NCBI RefSeq assembly: GCF_048593235.1
Contig: NC_133622.1
Span: forward strand, 244,284,055 to 244,348,054
Direction of reading: 5' to 3'
DNA from: Sminthopsis crassicaudata
Lineage: Eukaryota
Length of the DNA stretch: 64,000 nt
The translations under genes and the position numbers were made by a program. Positions 1 to 12,154 of this stretch are shown here, piece by piece. How positions within the stretch are numbered: position 1 is the stretch's first letter; each line of letters begins with the position of its first letter. Under the pieces are notes generated by a model. The model made no database searches and was not told the DNA's origin. It saw only the letters and a program-made list of their open reading frames with translations.

Positions 1-624
1 AGGTACTAAGCAGTGGAATTGATAGAGACAATAATTATCTAATTTAGCATGGTTCAATATGATTGATCTGACCCTACATGGAGATGTTATGGGCCAGAAC
101 TTGAAACAAGATACTGTGTGGAATTGAGGAGACAATGGTTAAATCCAGTTTAGAATTGATTTAATCCTACAACAAATAATGGTTTCCTAGTGATATAATG
201 ATTGCTGTATACTCAGTATAGAGCATATAAGGAGGAGGTCTCAGGGCTAGGAAGGAGAAGCCCATTAGAAGCTTTTCGGAGGCTGAGACAGATTCATTCC
301 ATCTCCCACCTTTGTTGTGGCTGGAGGCTGAAGTACAAACCTTTGGATTTGAAGACATTTGGAGGGAGCTAAAGAGAGAAGCTGGCAGAGGCAAAGGACT
401 AGTGGCAGGAGCTCTCAGAAACCAAGGAGAGAGATAGGCCTCTAAAAAAGCTAACCAGGCCCCAGGAAAAGAGACAAGACTTTGAAGGAAACAATAAAGG
501 ATTTGGAATTTAACTCCTGGCTGCATTTGGGGTGATTACACTGAACTGAAATGGAGGCTGCTCCCAGAAGCCTCCCAAGAAACCTGCTCTCAGAGAAAAT
601 TAGATTTTCGAGAAGAATATTACA
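1..624 (+). mobile_element. ERV LTR (5' end outside window)
   Basis: Ends ...AATATTACA at 624; U3-like internal repeats (1-67 vs ~116-173), TATA-like CATATAAGG ~223, AATAAA ~493; absent from the homologous position (~13795) in unit 2. Confidence 0.75.
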
Positions 625-2671
625 GTTTTCTATTTCAGATTCTCTTGGAGCCCACACTAAACGCCCTGTGAATTAAGTTTCGTTCTCTCTAGGGCACTTG
701 TGTCTCATGATCCTTGAATACAGTGAATACATGAAAAAAATGTTATTCACCTCTGAGTGTCTATCTAGGTGAACTATGATTTGGGCAATACTGGAAGTCC
801 AGACAGAGAAAACCAAGCTCTCCATTGGTGGGAGATTAGATGGGTCAAGATTTGCAAGTTTTTCTCTTTTCTCAGATTTTCTTTGACTCATTTGTCTTTC
901 TTCTTTGCTCCGATCAAAACTCATTTGGATCATATATTTCTCTGATAAAGCTCTTGGCTTTCTAGGACAATATACAAAGTTTATTGAAGACATGGACTGT
1001 CATTACAAAAATCAATACATTTGTTTTTTATACTATAAGTAAAACCAAATACCATTGATATTGAGCTCTTCCTTGTGATAAAAACAAACAACAACAGCAA
1101 CAAAAAACCTATCACCCAAACCACTTCACTTGACAACAAAACAATTTTCTATGCTTTGGGGAATACAATTTTTTTTAAATCTTATATGACCAGCAATTAG
1201 GTTATCACCTTACAAATAGCAGAATAATAATAAAATGAATGAATAATAATAAATCTTTATTTCTGTTAATCTATGTATTTTGTACTTTTATTTTATATCC
1301 ATGAGGATAGATCTTGTGTATTCTTTCATTTTTCAAATCTCATTTGGTAGCGAACACCAAGCTCTGTACCTAGTAAGTGTTTACTGTATACTTTTATACT
1401 TTAAACGGGCCAGCACAGTGCTTGGACATTCTCAAGTGTCCAATACTTGTTGAATGAGTGAGAAAATGAATGAATGAATGAATGAAGAGCTCTCCAAAGC
1501 ATCCTTCAACACAATAAGAAAAATCTTTCTCCTTTTCTGTTACCTACTATGGATAACAGTTGACATCAGTCATTCTAAGCTCTCTGAAACGATGCTATAT
1601 TTCTATATTGACAAATCCTTTTCTTTCCCATTATTTTATGTAATTTGTGCAAGGCCATAAAGGAGGTGGAACAGTTGTTGTTATACACCTTAGAAAAGTG
1701 AATTCATTTGTTGACTTGGAAGTGCTGGGATTCCTATCATATGGAATATAGATTGTTGAGAATCAGGCTAACTGGTCACCTAACTATCTCCTTCTGGCCT
1801 TAGGCTGTCTCCACTGTTTCTGAGAAGGAAAGAATATCAATCAAGAAATTATTTTTGGAAAATCTGAACATAATGGAAGGCATGTCTGTTTTTCTAGGGC
1901 AAACATGTTTACAGTAACACATTAAATGGAAAGAAAACAGCAACAGTGGAGATCTTGGAGTGGCAGGGGAAGAATCAAAGGAATAAAAAGCCTTGATAAT
2001 GGACACTATTTATCATGCTGCATTCTCATCCTAAACTTTCCTTTATTTCCAAGCACATTTATAGTTCAATAAAGTGTTTGCACATGCACATATACATCTG
2101 TTTGTATGTGTACCTGTATTTACATGCATACCTATACATATATATTTATATGTATGTACCTGAGTCATTGTATCCAACCAAATGCACTTATGATAAGGAG
2201 GTCTGCTTTGCTACCTGACATGGTCCATTGACAATATGAGTGTTCCTCTAGTTTGTGGTAAAACCTGAAATTCTAGAGAGTAAAGATGGGTGAGACAAAG
2301 ACTTTTTTCTCTTTGTCTTAACAGAAATTCAGGTGAAGAATTATTCCACCTTTATCCCAGAAGGAGCACCACAAATAATAATTTTACCTTTGCCTCCTGG
2401 ATTCACTCTTTGTCTACATTTGTGTTTTTTTTTTTTTTTTAATATGATAGGTAAAACCAAATACCACTGATATTGAGCTCTTCCTAGTGATAAAACAAAA
2501 CAAAACAAAAAAAAACAAAACAAAAAAACTATCACCCAAACCACTTCACTTGACAGCTTTGCTAGAATTCCTATATCAGGAGAACTTTCTGCTTGTTGAT
2601 GCTTTTTTAAAAACCACAGCAATGATTTTATAAAAAGAGTTTCAACAGCCATACCTTGAAAATCATCAATC

Positions 2672-2821
2672 GGGGCAGCTAGGTGGCACAGTGGATAGAG
2701 CACCAGCCTTGAATTCAGGAGGACCCGAGATCAAATCTGGTCTCAGACACTTAACACTTCCTAGCTGTGTGACCCTGGGTGAGTCACTTAACCCCAGCCT
2801 CAAAAAAAAAAAAAAAAAAAA
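2672..2821 (+). mobile_element. WSINE1-type tRNA/CORE SINE, full length
   Basis: GGGGCAGCTAGGTGGCACAGTGGATAGAGCACC...AACCCCAGCCTC plus poly(A); 14-bp TSD GAAAATCATCAATC at 2658-2671 and 2822-2835. Confidence 0.93.
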
Positions 2822-3358
2822 GAAAATCATCAATCAAGAACTGGCAACATACAATCTGATGAGCCAAAAGCCTACTGGAGTTGGGGGAAGGATACAGATA
2901 GAAACATTGAGTATTTCATATACTAATTATGGGAAGGCCTTAATATCAAAGTAGCTCCACCAAGCCCTTTATTTATCTTATCAGGTATAACAAATAGAAT
3001 TGATTTTGTTGTCAGAAATATGGGTTTGAATTTTATCTCTGGAACTTACTTCCTGTGATGTATTTAATGATAATGGGTGTACTTGCCATAGACAAGGGCA
3101 CTTGTTTAAAACAAACAAACAAATAAATAAAAAAAAAAATAAAAATAAACTGGAAATCTCTTGGCTACACTAAAAATAGAACTTCCACTGACCCCAATTT
3201 CATCCCTCCTTTCAGGAATTGTCAGTAAATTCTATCAGAATTTAAATTCCTTGAAGACAGGAACCATTAAAAAATTATCCTTCATGCTTAATATAAAGTC
3301 TGTCATAGAGTAAGCATGTAATAAATTTTAAAAGTGGGTTACTATTGAGTAGATCTGG

Positions 3359-4306
3359 CTATCTATTCCTGCTCACAACTTTTTTCAGAGCATTTTTGAC
3401 ATCTTTGTTCCTAAGGGTATAAATGATGGGATTAAGCAGTGGGGTTACAAAGGTATAGACCAAGGCAAGCATTCGATCCTCTTCTTCTCTGGTGCTTGAT
3501 GGAGGACGGAAGTAGACCAAACTGCAGCAGCCATATTGTATCAGGACGACTGTAAGATGGGAGGAACAGGTAGAGAAGGCTCGCTGGCGGCCCTCAGCTG
3601 AACGAATGTGCAAGATGGTGTTGGTGATGAAGACGTAGGTGATGCAGATGAGCAGGAATGGGGCGGTCAATACAAGGATGCTTACCACATAGACAACAGC
3701 CTGGGGAATGTGAGTGTCAGCACAGACCAGCCTTAGAACAGGTGGTACATCACAGAAAAAGTGCTTGATCACCCTGAGGTGCCCACAGAAAGGCAGAGTA
3801 AAGACCAGGCATGTGAGTTGCAAGGCAAGGAAAAGAGCCAGCATCAAGGAGCCACCCACCATCTGGATACACAACTTCTGGGTCATGATGAGAGTATAGT
3901 GTAAGGGATGGCAGATGGCCACATAGCGGTCATATGCCATCACAGCTAATAGGAAACAGTCAGTCCCACCAAGAGTTACAAAAAAGAACATTTGGATCCC
4001 ACAGCCAGCCAATGTGATGGGGTTCTGGGATCCAAAGATGTTGGAGAGCATCAATGGTACCAGAGTAGTGGTATAACAGATCTCCAGGAAGGATAGGTTG
4101 GAAAGGAAGAAGTACATAGGGGTGTGTAAGGAGCTATGGGTGAACACAGCCCAGATGATGGCAGTGTTCCCACAGAGAATCATCATATAAAGAAGGAGGA
4201 AGAAGCAGAAGAGGAGGGCCTGGATCCTGGGGGAAGTAGTGAACACTTGGAACACAAATTCAGTGGGACCAGACTGGTTGATCTGGAGAATGTAGGGAGA
4301 AGACAT
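3359..4306 (-). CDS. OR10Q1: Olfactory receptor, family 10 (OR10Q1-like), intact, 315 aa (copy 1)
   Basis: Single coding exon with class II OR motifs: NQS sequon, LHTPMYFFLSNLS, MAYDRYVAICHPLHY, RAFSTCSSHL, PLLNPIIYTLRNKDV; N-terminus PTEFVF..FTT and ILCGNTAIIW match human OR10Q1 as I recall it (paralog, not proven 1:1 ortholog); acceptor TTTTCTTTGGCAG 7 nt before the ATG. Confidence 0.95.
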   Translation of the reverse strand: MSSPYILQINQSGPTEFVFQVFTTSPRIQALLFCFFLLLYMMILCGNTAIIWAVFTHSSLHTPMYFFLSNLSFLEICYTTTLVPLMLSNIFGSQNPITLAGCGIQMFFFVTLGGTDCFLLAVMAYDRYVAICHPLHYTLIMTQKLCIQMVGGSLMLALFLALQLTCLVFTLPFCGHLRVIKHFFCDVPPVLRLVCADTHIPQAVVYVVSILVLTAPFLLICITYVFITNTILHIRSAEGRQRAFSTCSSHLTVVLIQYGCCSLVYFRPPSSTREEEDRMLALVYTFVTPLLNPIIYTLRNKDVKNALKKVVSRNR

Positions 4307-4967
4307 CTTTCACCTGCCAAAGAAAAATAGAAAAATTGGTCTAGTTACTAGATATAGCCAAAAATGAAATCATAACTTTATGAAACCCACAGAGACTTTT
4401 AAAGATCACCTTAGGATAATCGTCCCACATTTTTGTGGGTTAGTACTTTTTACCTGTTTGATGAAGTTTTAAACCTCTAAGGTCTCTTGCAGTTTTGATT
4501 TTTTTTGTTCAATGCTCTAAAGCCACTTTTAGCTCTGACATTCTGTATTCTGAGTTTTTAAAAATTAGCTTCATCGTGTTGTCCTTGGTTTAAATAATAG
4601 ATATTCTGCTTCTTTCCCTTTTTCAGAAAGTCATCTCTTATGAAAATAATTTAACAATAATTGTTGTTTTATTGTTCATTCTTTTAGTTATGTCTGCTTC
4701 TTTGTGTCCTCATGGACCATAGCTTGCCAGACCCTACTAAGCTCTACTCTTTTCCAAAGTCTTTCCAAGATCATGTTCATTGTTTCCATTACACTAGCCA
4801 TCCATTTTATCCTTTGCCATTTTTATGGTGTGATCTTTCATATTTAAGATTGCATATTGATTTTGAACTAATCATGGAGTATAGTAGAAGATGTTAGACT
4901 AAGTCCAAAATCTCTAGATTGTTTTCCAATTTTTTTATGATATTCTCATGAATAAAGAATTCTTCCC

Positions 4968-5316
4968 TGTGAAGACTGAATTAGCACCTTGGATACCTTA
5001 GAATCAGCTGGAGTCAAGATAAGCAAAGGATCTTGATCTTTTTTTCTTGGTCTTTTGGGGTAGCAGTCAGGGGAATGGACATAGGAATCTCCACACCTTC
5101 TTTCTCTCTCTCTTCTCCGCCAAAAAGTGACTCTGGCTTGTCTTACTCCACCCTCTGATCCCTCCCACAATTCTCTGTCTACACCCACCTACATGCCAGC
5201 ACAGAATAGTTGAGCAGGGCCATTCTCCAAGCACATGTTAATAGAGTATTGTCCAATTGGTAATTAGCCTTTAGTGCTCAGACCTCAGTACATCAACTCA
5301 GTTTTAGCCCTTTACA
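4968..5316 (-). mobile_element. Solo LTR (349 bp), ERV
   Basis: TG...CA termini, 6-bp TSD CTTCCC (4962-4967, 5317-5322), empty site CTTTCC at 16421 in unit 2; orientation inferred from CCAAT near 5316 and A-rich tract near 5040. Confidence 0.9.
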
Positions 5317-5509
5317 CTTCCCTATGTAAATTTTGTTTTAAGTTTATCACATATATTGTTTTACCTCCCTTGGTTTGTATGCCCTATTGATCTTTTCTTT
5401 TTTTTTGACCAATACCAAGTAGTTTTGATATTATTACTTTTTAATATGTTCTAAATTCTAAGGTTATTTCTAGACCTGTACATCCCATTTTTTGTGCATC
5501 TATTTATTG

Positions 5510-5766
5510 TACATTTCTATTGATATTTAAGAGAATAACTACTTTTTTTTTTTTTACCTTTTTGATAGTAAAGCTCTAAAATGAGCTACCAACAGAATTG
5601 GACCTAGCAGGTACATTAGTGAACCCCATAGTCTAACTCCTTATTTGATAGACAAATTACTTACATTGTTGAGAGGATAAAAAACTAATCTAGTCAAAGA
5701 ACTGGATTTCAATCCAGATTCTCTGACTTTAAATGCTGAACTCCTTTCACGTCAAGATTTGGAAAT
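5510..5766 (+). repeat. ~255-bp dispersed direct repeat, second copy at 7013-7265
   Basis: TACATTTCTATTGATATTTAAGAGAA...TCAAGATTTGGAAAT occurs twice with only a handful of differences. Confidence 0.95.
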
Positions 5767-5811
5767 GATGAACACTGCTCATGAATATCATAGATACTCA
5801 TGGAAATGCAA

Positions 5812-6003
5812 TGGTATCAAACTGAAATAGAAATAGGGGCCACTAAATGATACATAAAGATCCCTGTCAACTGCATTTTCACTGAAAAAAACACATGTTA
5901 ATATTATCTATGTTCTATTGATTTTTTATTTATTTTGTTATATGTTTCCATTACATTTCAATATAGGTAGAGCCACACAGTGGCAATATATTTGACATCT
6001 ATG
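5812..6003. mobile_element. Old non-autonomous DNA transposon (MER45-like MITE), paralog ~16892-17092
   Basis: Degenerate inverted ends CAATGGT(A/G)TCAAAC ... TTTGACATCTATG around an AT-rich core. Confidence 0.5.
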
Positions 6004-8339
6004 TACCACACCCCCATTACAGGCAGGGAAACTGGGGATCATAGAATTTAAATTATTTGTTTGATATCATTTCTGATTTTTTTTAACTATGTCTACTGTT
6101 CTTAAAAACAAAAGTATTTGGTGTGGAAGTCCTCTTAAGGATTCTTTTCCTTAAATTTTGCCCCATTCCTTTCTCACAACACCATGCTGTAAGGATAAAA
6201 CTGTGGAGAAAGTAGACTTAAATCTTAGCTTGTAGAGACTCTCTTCCAGGATTATAACAACAACAGCAGTAGCAGCAGCACAACAACAACAGCAGTAATA
6301 AAGATAAAGATACTTTTATGAACTTATCTGACAGTGTGCATGGCTTACCAGTGGTTCTGCAAGTGCCATACCTTTAAAGGCCACAATTATAAGAAAAGGA
6401 AGAATGAAGGAAGAGAATAAAGATAAAATATAAGAAAGAAGATTAAGAAAGAAAGCTATTACCTGCTTCCAAAAAATTAAATATCAAAGAAGTATGTATA
6501 GAATAATTTTACATATCTTTATACACATGTGTATGCTCATGTGTGTCTAATGATTAGCTATTTCTAGTGTAGGGGAGAGGGGAAAAAAGATGTCACTCAA
6601 GTATCATCTTTTGCAGAGAGCTCTTCAGGATCCCACCAAGAGCTAGTATCCTCTCTCCCAAACTAATTTGTGTTTAAATAATTAGAATATGCTTATATTT
6701 GAGATCATATCTTTCTAGAAACATATTACACACATTTGTTTATATGCATTTATTTTCCCCTTTAGGATGCAAGCTACTTGAGTGTAGGGATAATTTCATT
6801 TTTTTTTTGTTCTTGTATTCTCTGTTCCCAGAATAGTACCTACTATAGTATAAACAGATGGTGCTACTTGTTCATTGTAAAAGTAAAGGGTTGGATCAGA
6901 CCTCTGATCTCCCTTGAATGCTCTAAATCTAAGATCCTATGATCTTATGGGATCAAATTTCTCCCCCAAACAGTAGACACGGATTGGGTCATGAACCAGG
7001 AATTTTACCTTCTACATTTCTATTGATATTTAAGAGAACAACTAATTTTTTTTAACCTTTCTGATAGTGAAGCTCTAAAATGAGCTACCAACAGAATTGG
7101 ACCTAGCAGGTATATTAGTGAATCCCATAGTCTAACTCCTTATTTGATAGACAAATTACTTACATTGTTGAGAGGACAAAAAACTAATCTAGTCAAAGAA
7201 CTGGATTTCAATCCAGATTCTCTGACTTTAAATGCTGAACTCCTTTCACTTCAAGATTTGGAAATTTAAAAAATTTTTAAAAAGCAGATTAAAGAGATGT
7301 GAGTACCCTGCAGTCCTGCACTGAGGGAAGCAGTGTCATATCATCACATCATCTAGGTCATATTGTTCAGCTCAACCAAGTCAGGTGGACTTTAGTTTTA
7401 TTTGTTAGGGCCGTGAAATTTGAGACTACAAGGAATCATCTACAGAGGGAGAAGAGAGTTTTTCAGGATTGGGGCATAATATGGCTCCTTCCTCTCAAGT
7501 AGCTGATAGATCAAAGTTGGAGCTCAGCCTGGAGCTGTCCGGTCTACCTGAAGAGCTTTCCATTGATAGACCAACAAGTATTGATTGATTGATTGCTATG
7601 TGCCTGCTATAGCTATGGTACCATGTGAGATAAAAAGGAAAAACTGATGTCCCAGTATGTCAGAGCTTGGAGGGACTTTAGAGCACAGAATGCTAGAGTT
7701 TGGAAGGGACCTGAAATAGGGAATGTTAGAATTAGAAGAATACAATCTCAAAGCAATAAGGGACCTTAGAAATGGGAATTTCAGAGTGAGAAGGAATTTT
7801 CGAAAAGAAAATGTCAGATGTGGTAGAGACTTTGAATCTTAGAAGATGGAATGTGTCACGGTTGAAATGTATTTTAGAGATTTCTGAATTTAATATCATC
7901 GTTTTACAGGTGAGAAAACCAGAAAGTGTAAATGACATATTCTGGTTGCGAAGTGAATTCCGTAACAGAGATTGACTAGAACCCAGGACACTTTAATCTA
8001 TTAATCTTTCTTCTCCACTACTCGGTTGGTATAGTCTCTCTTAATAATCAACCAAGAAGCATCATTATATTATTGTTTCTCCCCTATTCTTGAAGAGGAT
8101 CATGATATCAGAGAAGTGATTCTATGACATGCAAGTGAATTGAACTCACCATAAACCAGACATAGTACTAGATCTTAGAGATGTAAATTTAAAGAATGAA
8201 ATAAACTTTATTGATAAGGAGCTGATAATCTAATAGAGGAGAGAAAAATAGATATAAAATGTACATAGCACCAATACAAACTGAATTAATATACACCATT
8301 ATTAACTATAAAGTCATTTGGAAAGGGAGAGCCTGATAA

Positions 8340-9860
8340 TTTCTAACTCTCCCTCATGTTAAAAAAATCCACTCGATTTCACTACTTTCTTCTCTTGCTC
8401 AATTATATTCCTAGAATAAACTGTTTGCACTCACTGTTTCAGATGCTTTTTTCTCAATCATTCCTCAATCCTTTGCACTCTGGTTTTCATTTCCAACCTC
8501 ATTACTCAGCTGAAACTGCTCTCTACAATGTTACCAAAAAATCTCTTAACTGATAAATCTGATTTTCTTTGTTAATTCTCATCATTCTCCAACTAGCTGC
8601 TGAATCTAAACCTGTTGAATACCCTCTTCTCCTGGATACTTGTTTCTCTCTAGGTTTTTACACTTGTTCTCTTATCTTTCTAATTACACTTTTTGGGAAA
8701 TTTTATATCTTTAGAGGCTTATTTGAACAAAATAGAGAAAGAGAAGATTAACGAATTGGGCCTGCAACTTAAAAGGCTAGAAAAAGACCAAATTAAAAAC
8801 CCCCAACCAAAAATTAAACTTGAAATACAAAAATTAAAAGGAGAAATCAATAATATTGAAAGTAAAAAAAACTATTGAATTAATAAATAAAACCAAGAGT
8901 TGGTTTTATGAAAAAGCAATAAAATAAACCTTTGGTAAATCTGATCAGAAAAAAGAAAGAGGAAAATCAAATTGTTAGTCTTACAAATGAAAAGGGGGAT
9001 CTTTCCACCAATGAAGAGGAAATTAGAGAAATAATAAGGAGTTACTTTGCCCAACTTTATGCCAATAAATTTGATAACTTAAGTGAAATGGATGACTTCC
9101 TCCAAAAATATAGGCTTTCTAATTACACCTTTTTAATTGCTTTTGCTTATTCATCATCCTGGTCATGCCCCCTACCTGGAAGTGTCACCCAAAGCTCTTT
9201 GCCAGGTTCCTTTACTCTTCTCTTTCTGCATTCTCTCTTTTCTGACTTCATCAACTCATACATTTTTAAATGATCATTCCATGCCTGTGATTCTCAGATA
9301 TATATATATATATATATCTCCAATCTCTTTTCTGACTTTGAGTCTTGCATTACCAATTGCCTATTGGGCATTAAAAATATATGTCAGAGAATATGTCAAA
9401 CTCAATGTACTCAAAACAGAATTCTTTATCTTTCTTCATAACTCATCCCCTCTTCCAAACTTGCTTATATTCATTGAAATTCTTTCTGTGTTGAAGATTC
9501 ATAATGTTAATGTTATCCTCTAGTCCTTACTCTCCCTCTCCCTCATTCCACATATTCAATTATTTACCAAATCTTGCTACTTCTAGCAATATTTCTTGCC
9601 TTTTTTCTCCCTACTCACATGGTAGTTGCCTAAGAATAGGCTCTCATCCCACTTAGCCTAGATTAGTACATCACTCTCTTGGCTGGTTTCTCTGTCTTAA
9701 GTCTCTCTATGCTTCAGTGCACCATCCATGATTCTTGAAAGCAATTTTTCTTAAGTACAGATCTAATTGGGTCAGTTCCCTACTATAGCAACTCCAGTGG
9801 CTTCCAATTGGCTCTAGAATAAAATACATTCTTGTCTTTAGCTTTTAAAGCCCTTCACAA
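8340..9860 (+). mobile_element. Degraded L2 LINE RT/3' region, split by an L1 fragment
   Basis: Translations HSGFHFQPHYSAETAL and LILIILQLAAESKPVEYPLLLDTCFSLGF resemble L2 RT motifs ([38 protein letters not shown]). Confidence 0.75.
8695..9115 (+). mobile_element. Internal L1 ORF2 fragment (between endonuclease and RT)
   Basis: Encodes KINELGLQLKRLEK, NKTKSWFYEK, EEEIREIIRSYFAQLYANKFDNLSEMDDFLQKY with frameshifts; flanked by 14-bp direct repeat CTTTCTAATTACAC. Confidence 0.93.
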
Positions 9861-10159
9861 ACTCTGTTAATTAGCTATTGAATTTAGCAAATGACACTCC
9901 TTCCTACCCCAATTTTGACCACAGTTTCCTTGTCTATCAAATGAGCGTGAATTAGTTGCTGTTTTAGAATTCTCATACAACTCTGTGATTTCATGACCCA
10001 CAATACAATGCTTCCATTCTGTCTGGTGATCAAAGATCAGTTTTATTCAAGCTATTGCTGCCTGGATTATGTATCATGGCACTAGCCAATGATATCAAGA
10101 ATTTGAATCACATTGAACTGAAGGAAAGTATTGCAGGGACAAAGCTGTCCTGTATGTAG

Positions 10160-10169
10160 GCTGCTGCTG

Positions 10170-10225
<56 letters not shown>

Positions 10226-10278
10226 TCTGCTGCTGCTGCCACTACTACTACTACTATTTCTACTGCTGCTGCTGCCAT

Positions 10279-10309
<31 letters not shown>

Positions 10310-10324
10310 GCTGCTGCTGCTACT
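10160..10324. repeat. Compound (CTG)n/(CTA)n trinucleotide microsatellite
   Basis: Read directly; explains the poly-Ser/Leu/Val ORFs in the track. Confidence 0.97.
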
Positions 10325-11037
10325 CCTAGTACTTTTACCATTTTTACTAACAGCATACATGGGTTCAAAACATATTCCAGAACTCTCTACCTGAGTAACC
10401 ATGAGTAAGATCATTTTTCTAGTTCTTGCGTTCCTCGTGTTACACCAAGGGATTGGATTAGATGATCTTTAAGGTCCTTTCCACTTCTAAGTCTATAGTA
10501 TTATGAGATCCTGTTCCATCCATGCATTTAGTTATTTAGGTGAAGGATTGTGAAATCTGGTTTAAATAGCTTTCTGAGGATAACCTTTCTTCCATGAATT
10601 ATAGAGATAAACGTGTCCTGTAGCCTGATCCTGAGGGATCCCACTTCATCATTATAGGGCAGATGCTTGGCTTTTTGTGATTTGAGAAATTGAGATTTCT
10701 TGGGCTTGGGGCTCTGAGCTTAGGGTGGATTAACCAAGGAGGGAGAGAGGAGCACTAAGAATTGGCTGATCTACTTGACCACAAGAGTCAGAGGACTTTT
10801 CTGGTTCTGTGGTATGAAGCCTGAGTTAACTTAATCATTGAATGAACAAACATCAATTGAACACCTATTATGTGCCCAGCAGTGTATCTAGTGCTTTGGA
10901 GGATACAGAGAAATGGGAAAAATGGTTCCTGCTCTTAAGTAACCAGAGGCATTGAATGTCAGAACTGGAAAGGACATTATTAAAAGGACAGTATTAAATC
11001 TATCACCCCTTTAATTTTACAGAAGAGAAAAATGAGA

Positions 11038-11208
11038 TAGATGGCACAGTGGATAGAATGTTTCATGTAACAGGAAGACCTGAATTTGAATCTTGCCTTA
11101 GACTTTTACTGTTTGTGTGGCTACAGGTAGCCTAACTAATCTCTCCAAGCCTCAGTTTCTTCATTTCTGAAAACAAAGGGATAGGACTGGATTACATGGC
11201 TTCTAAGG
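11038..11208 (+). mobile_element. MIR/CORE SINE fragment (representative of many similar old MIR/L2 pieces, e.g. 13230-13490, 19700-20070, 24385-24570, 26900-27290, 53190-53370)
   Basis: GATGGCACAGTGGATAGA, CCTGAATTTGAATC and AGCCTCAGTTTCTTCAT core motifs. Confidence 0.7.
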
Positions 11209-11469
11209 GAGCATTCAATTATAACTGGAGTGGAATGAATTATTGCCCAATATGATGTGGCAGTTTAGCAGCAGAATTGTCTTTAGAACTCACATGTTTT
11301 TATTCTCATGTCTTTTCTCTTCTTCAGTTTATGGTATGCTCGGTGAGATAAGACTGACACACCTGTTATTGAAACCCATTATAGATAGAGATCTTGAGAA
11401 CTGGATCCGGTGACAATAAGATGGGAAAATATGCCCAATTGATCTATTTTTTTCTATATTTAACATTTT

Positions 11470-11900
11470 CTTTATTATTGTGAACCTAATAATCATCCAT
11501 AAAACAAATAATATATCAAAAAGAAAATTGTACAAGAAATCTTGAATTTATGTAACACTTGTTCAGAAACATTTATATGTACACAAATATATACATATAC
11601 ACGCATATATAACAATTTAATAATTTTATAAAAAAATTTTGTGTTCTTTTTTACATTTCTCTTTAATTTCTGCTCTGAATTTGAACTATTTCCTTGATGT
11701 TCTTTTTTCTTCATGTTATCTATTGCGCCTATTAATCTACTTACTGATGACTGTCCCCCACCCCTCCAAGAGAAACTTCCTTCCTTCATTACAAATACAG
11801 TCTACCCAAAGAAATGAACATATTATTCGTATTGAGGAAACTACATCTATGGATTTGCTTGATATCAAAGATTCTTGTTGCTTCTAATCATAGTCCTGCA
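11470..11900 (-). mobile_element. Old L1 3'-end fragment
   Basis: T-rich start and similarity to marsupial L1 3' UTR reverse complement (recalled). Confidence 0.55.
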
Positions 11901-12154
11901 TGAGGTCCAAATAGGCTGGCTTATAGACATTTCTACACTAACCCCTGAAAAATCTGTTAGGATGAAAAGAATATTAGAGTTGAACTTCAAACCCCTCAGT
12001 TGACTATATTTTCTTGACCAGACACATCTTTTCACTGGGATTCAGTTTTCTTCTTTGTAAAAGGAGAGGATTTAGACTGAATTAATTCGAAGGAACTTGC
12101 TCTGTGCTAAATCCTGGGATCTCAAGTGATATAAGTAAATAAAAAGGAAGCAGC

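Larger units (their letters stand above)
625..8338. repeat. Segmental duplication unit 1 (paralog of 13795-19178)
   Basis: Collinear similarity read by eye, e.g. TATTTCAGATTCTCTTGGA at ~633 and ~13801, GTCATTTGGAAAGGGAGAGCCT at ~8314 and ~19155; flanks roughly 80% identical, CDS ~97%. Confidence 0.9.

Noticed and set aside
673-993. 106-aa minus-strand ORF
   Set aside because: Paralog at ~13860-14146 has in-frame TGA and TAA; no recognisable domain.
3714-4330. Plus-strand ORFs overlapping each OR (also 15584, 30259, 30669, 41304, 41582, 58306, 58716)
   Set aside because: Antisense shadows of OR coding sequence; recur only because the ORs are paralogous.
10082-10414. Poly-Ser, poly-Val/Ala and poly-Leu ORFs
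   Set aside because: All are readings of the trinucleotide microsatellite.
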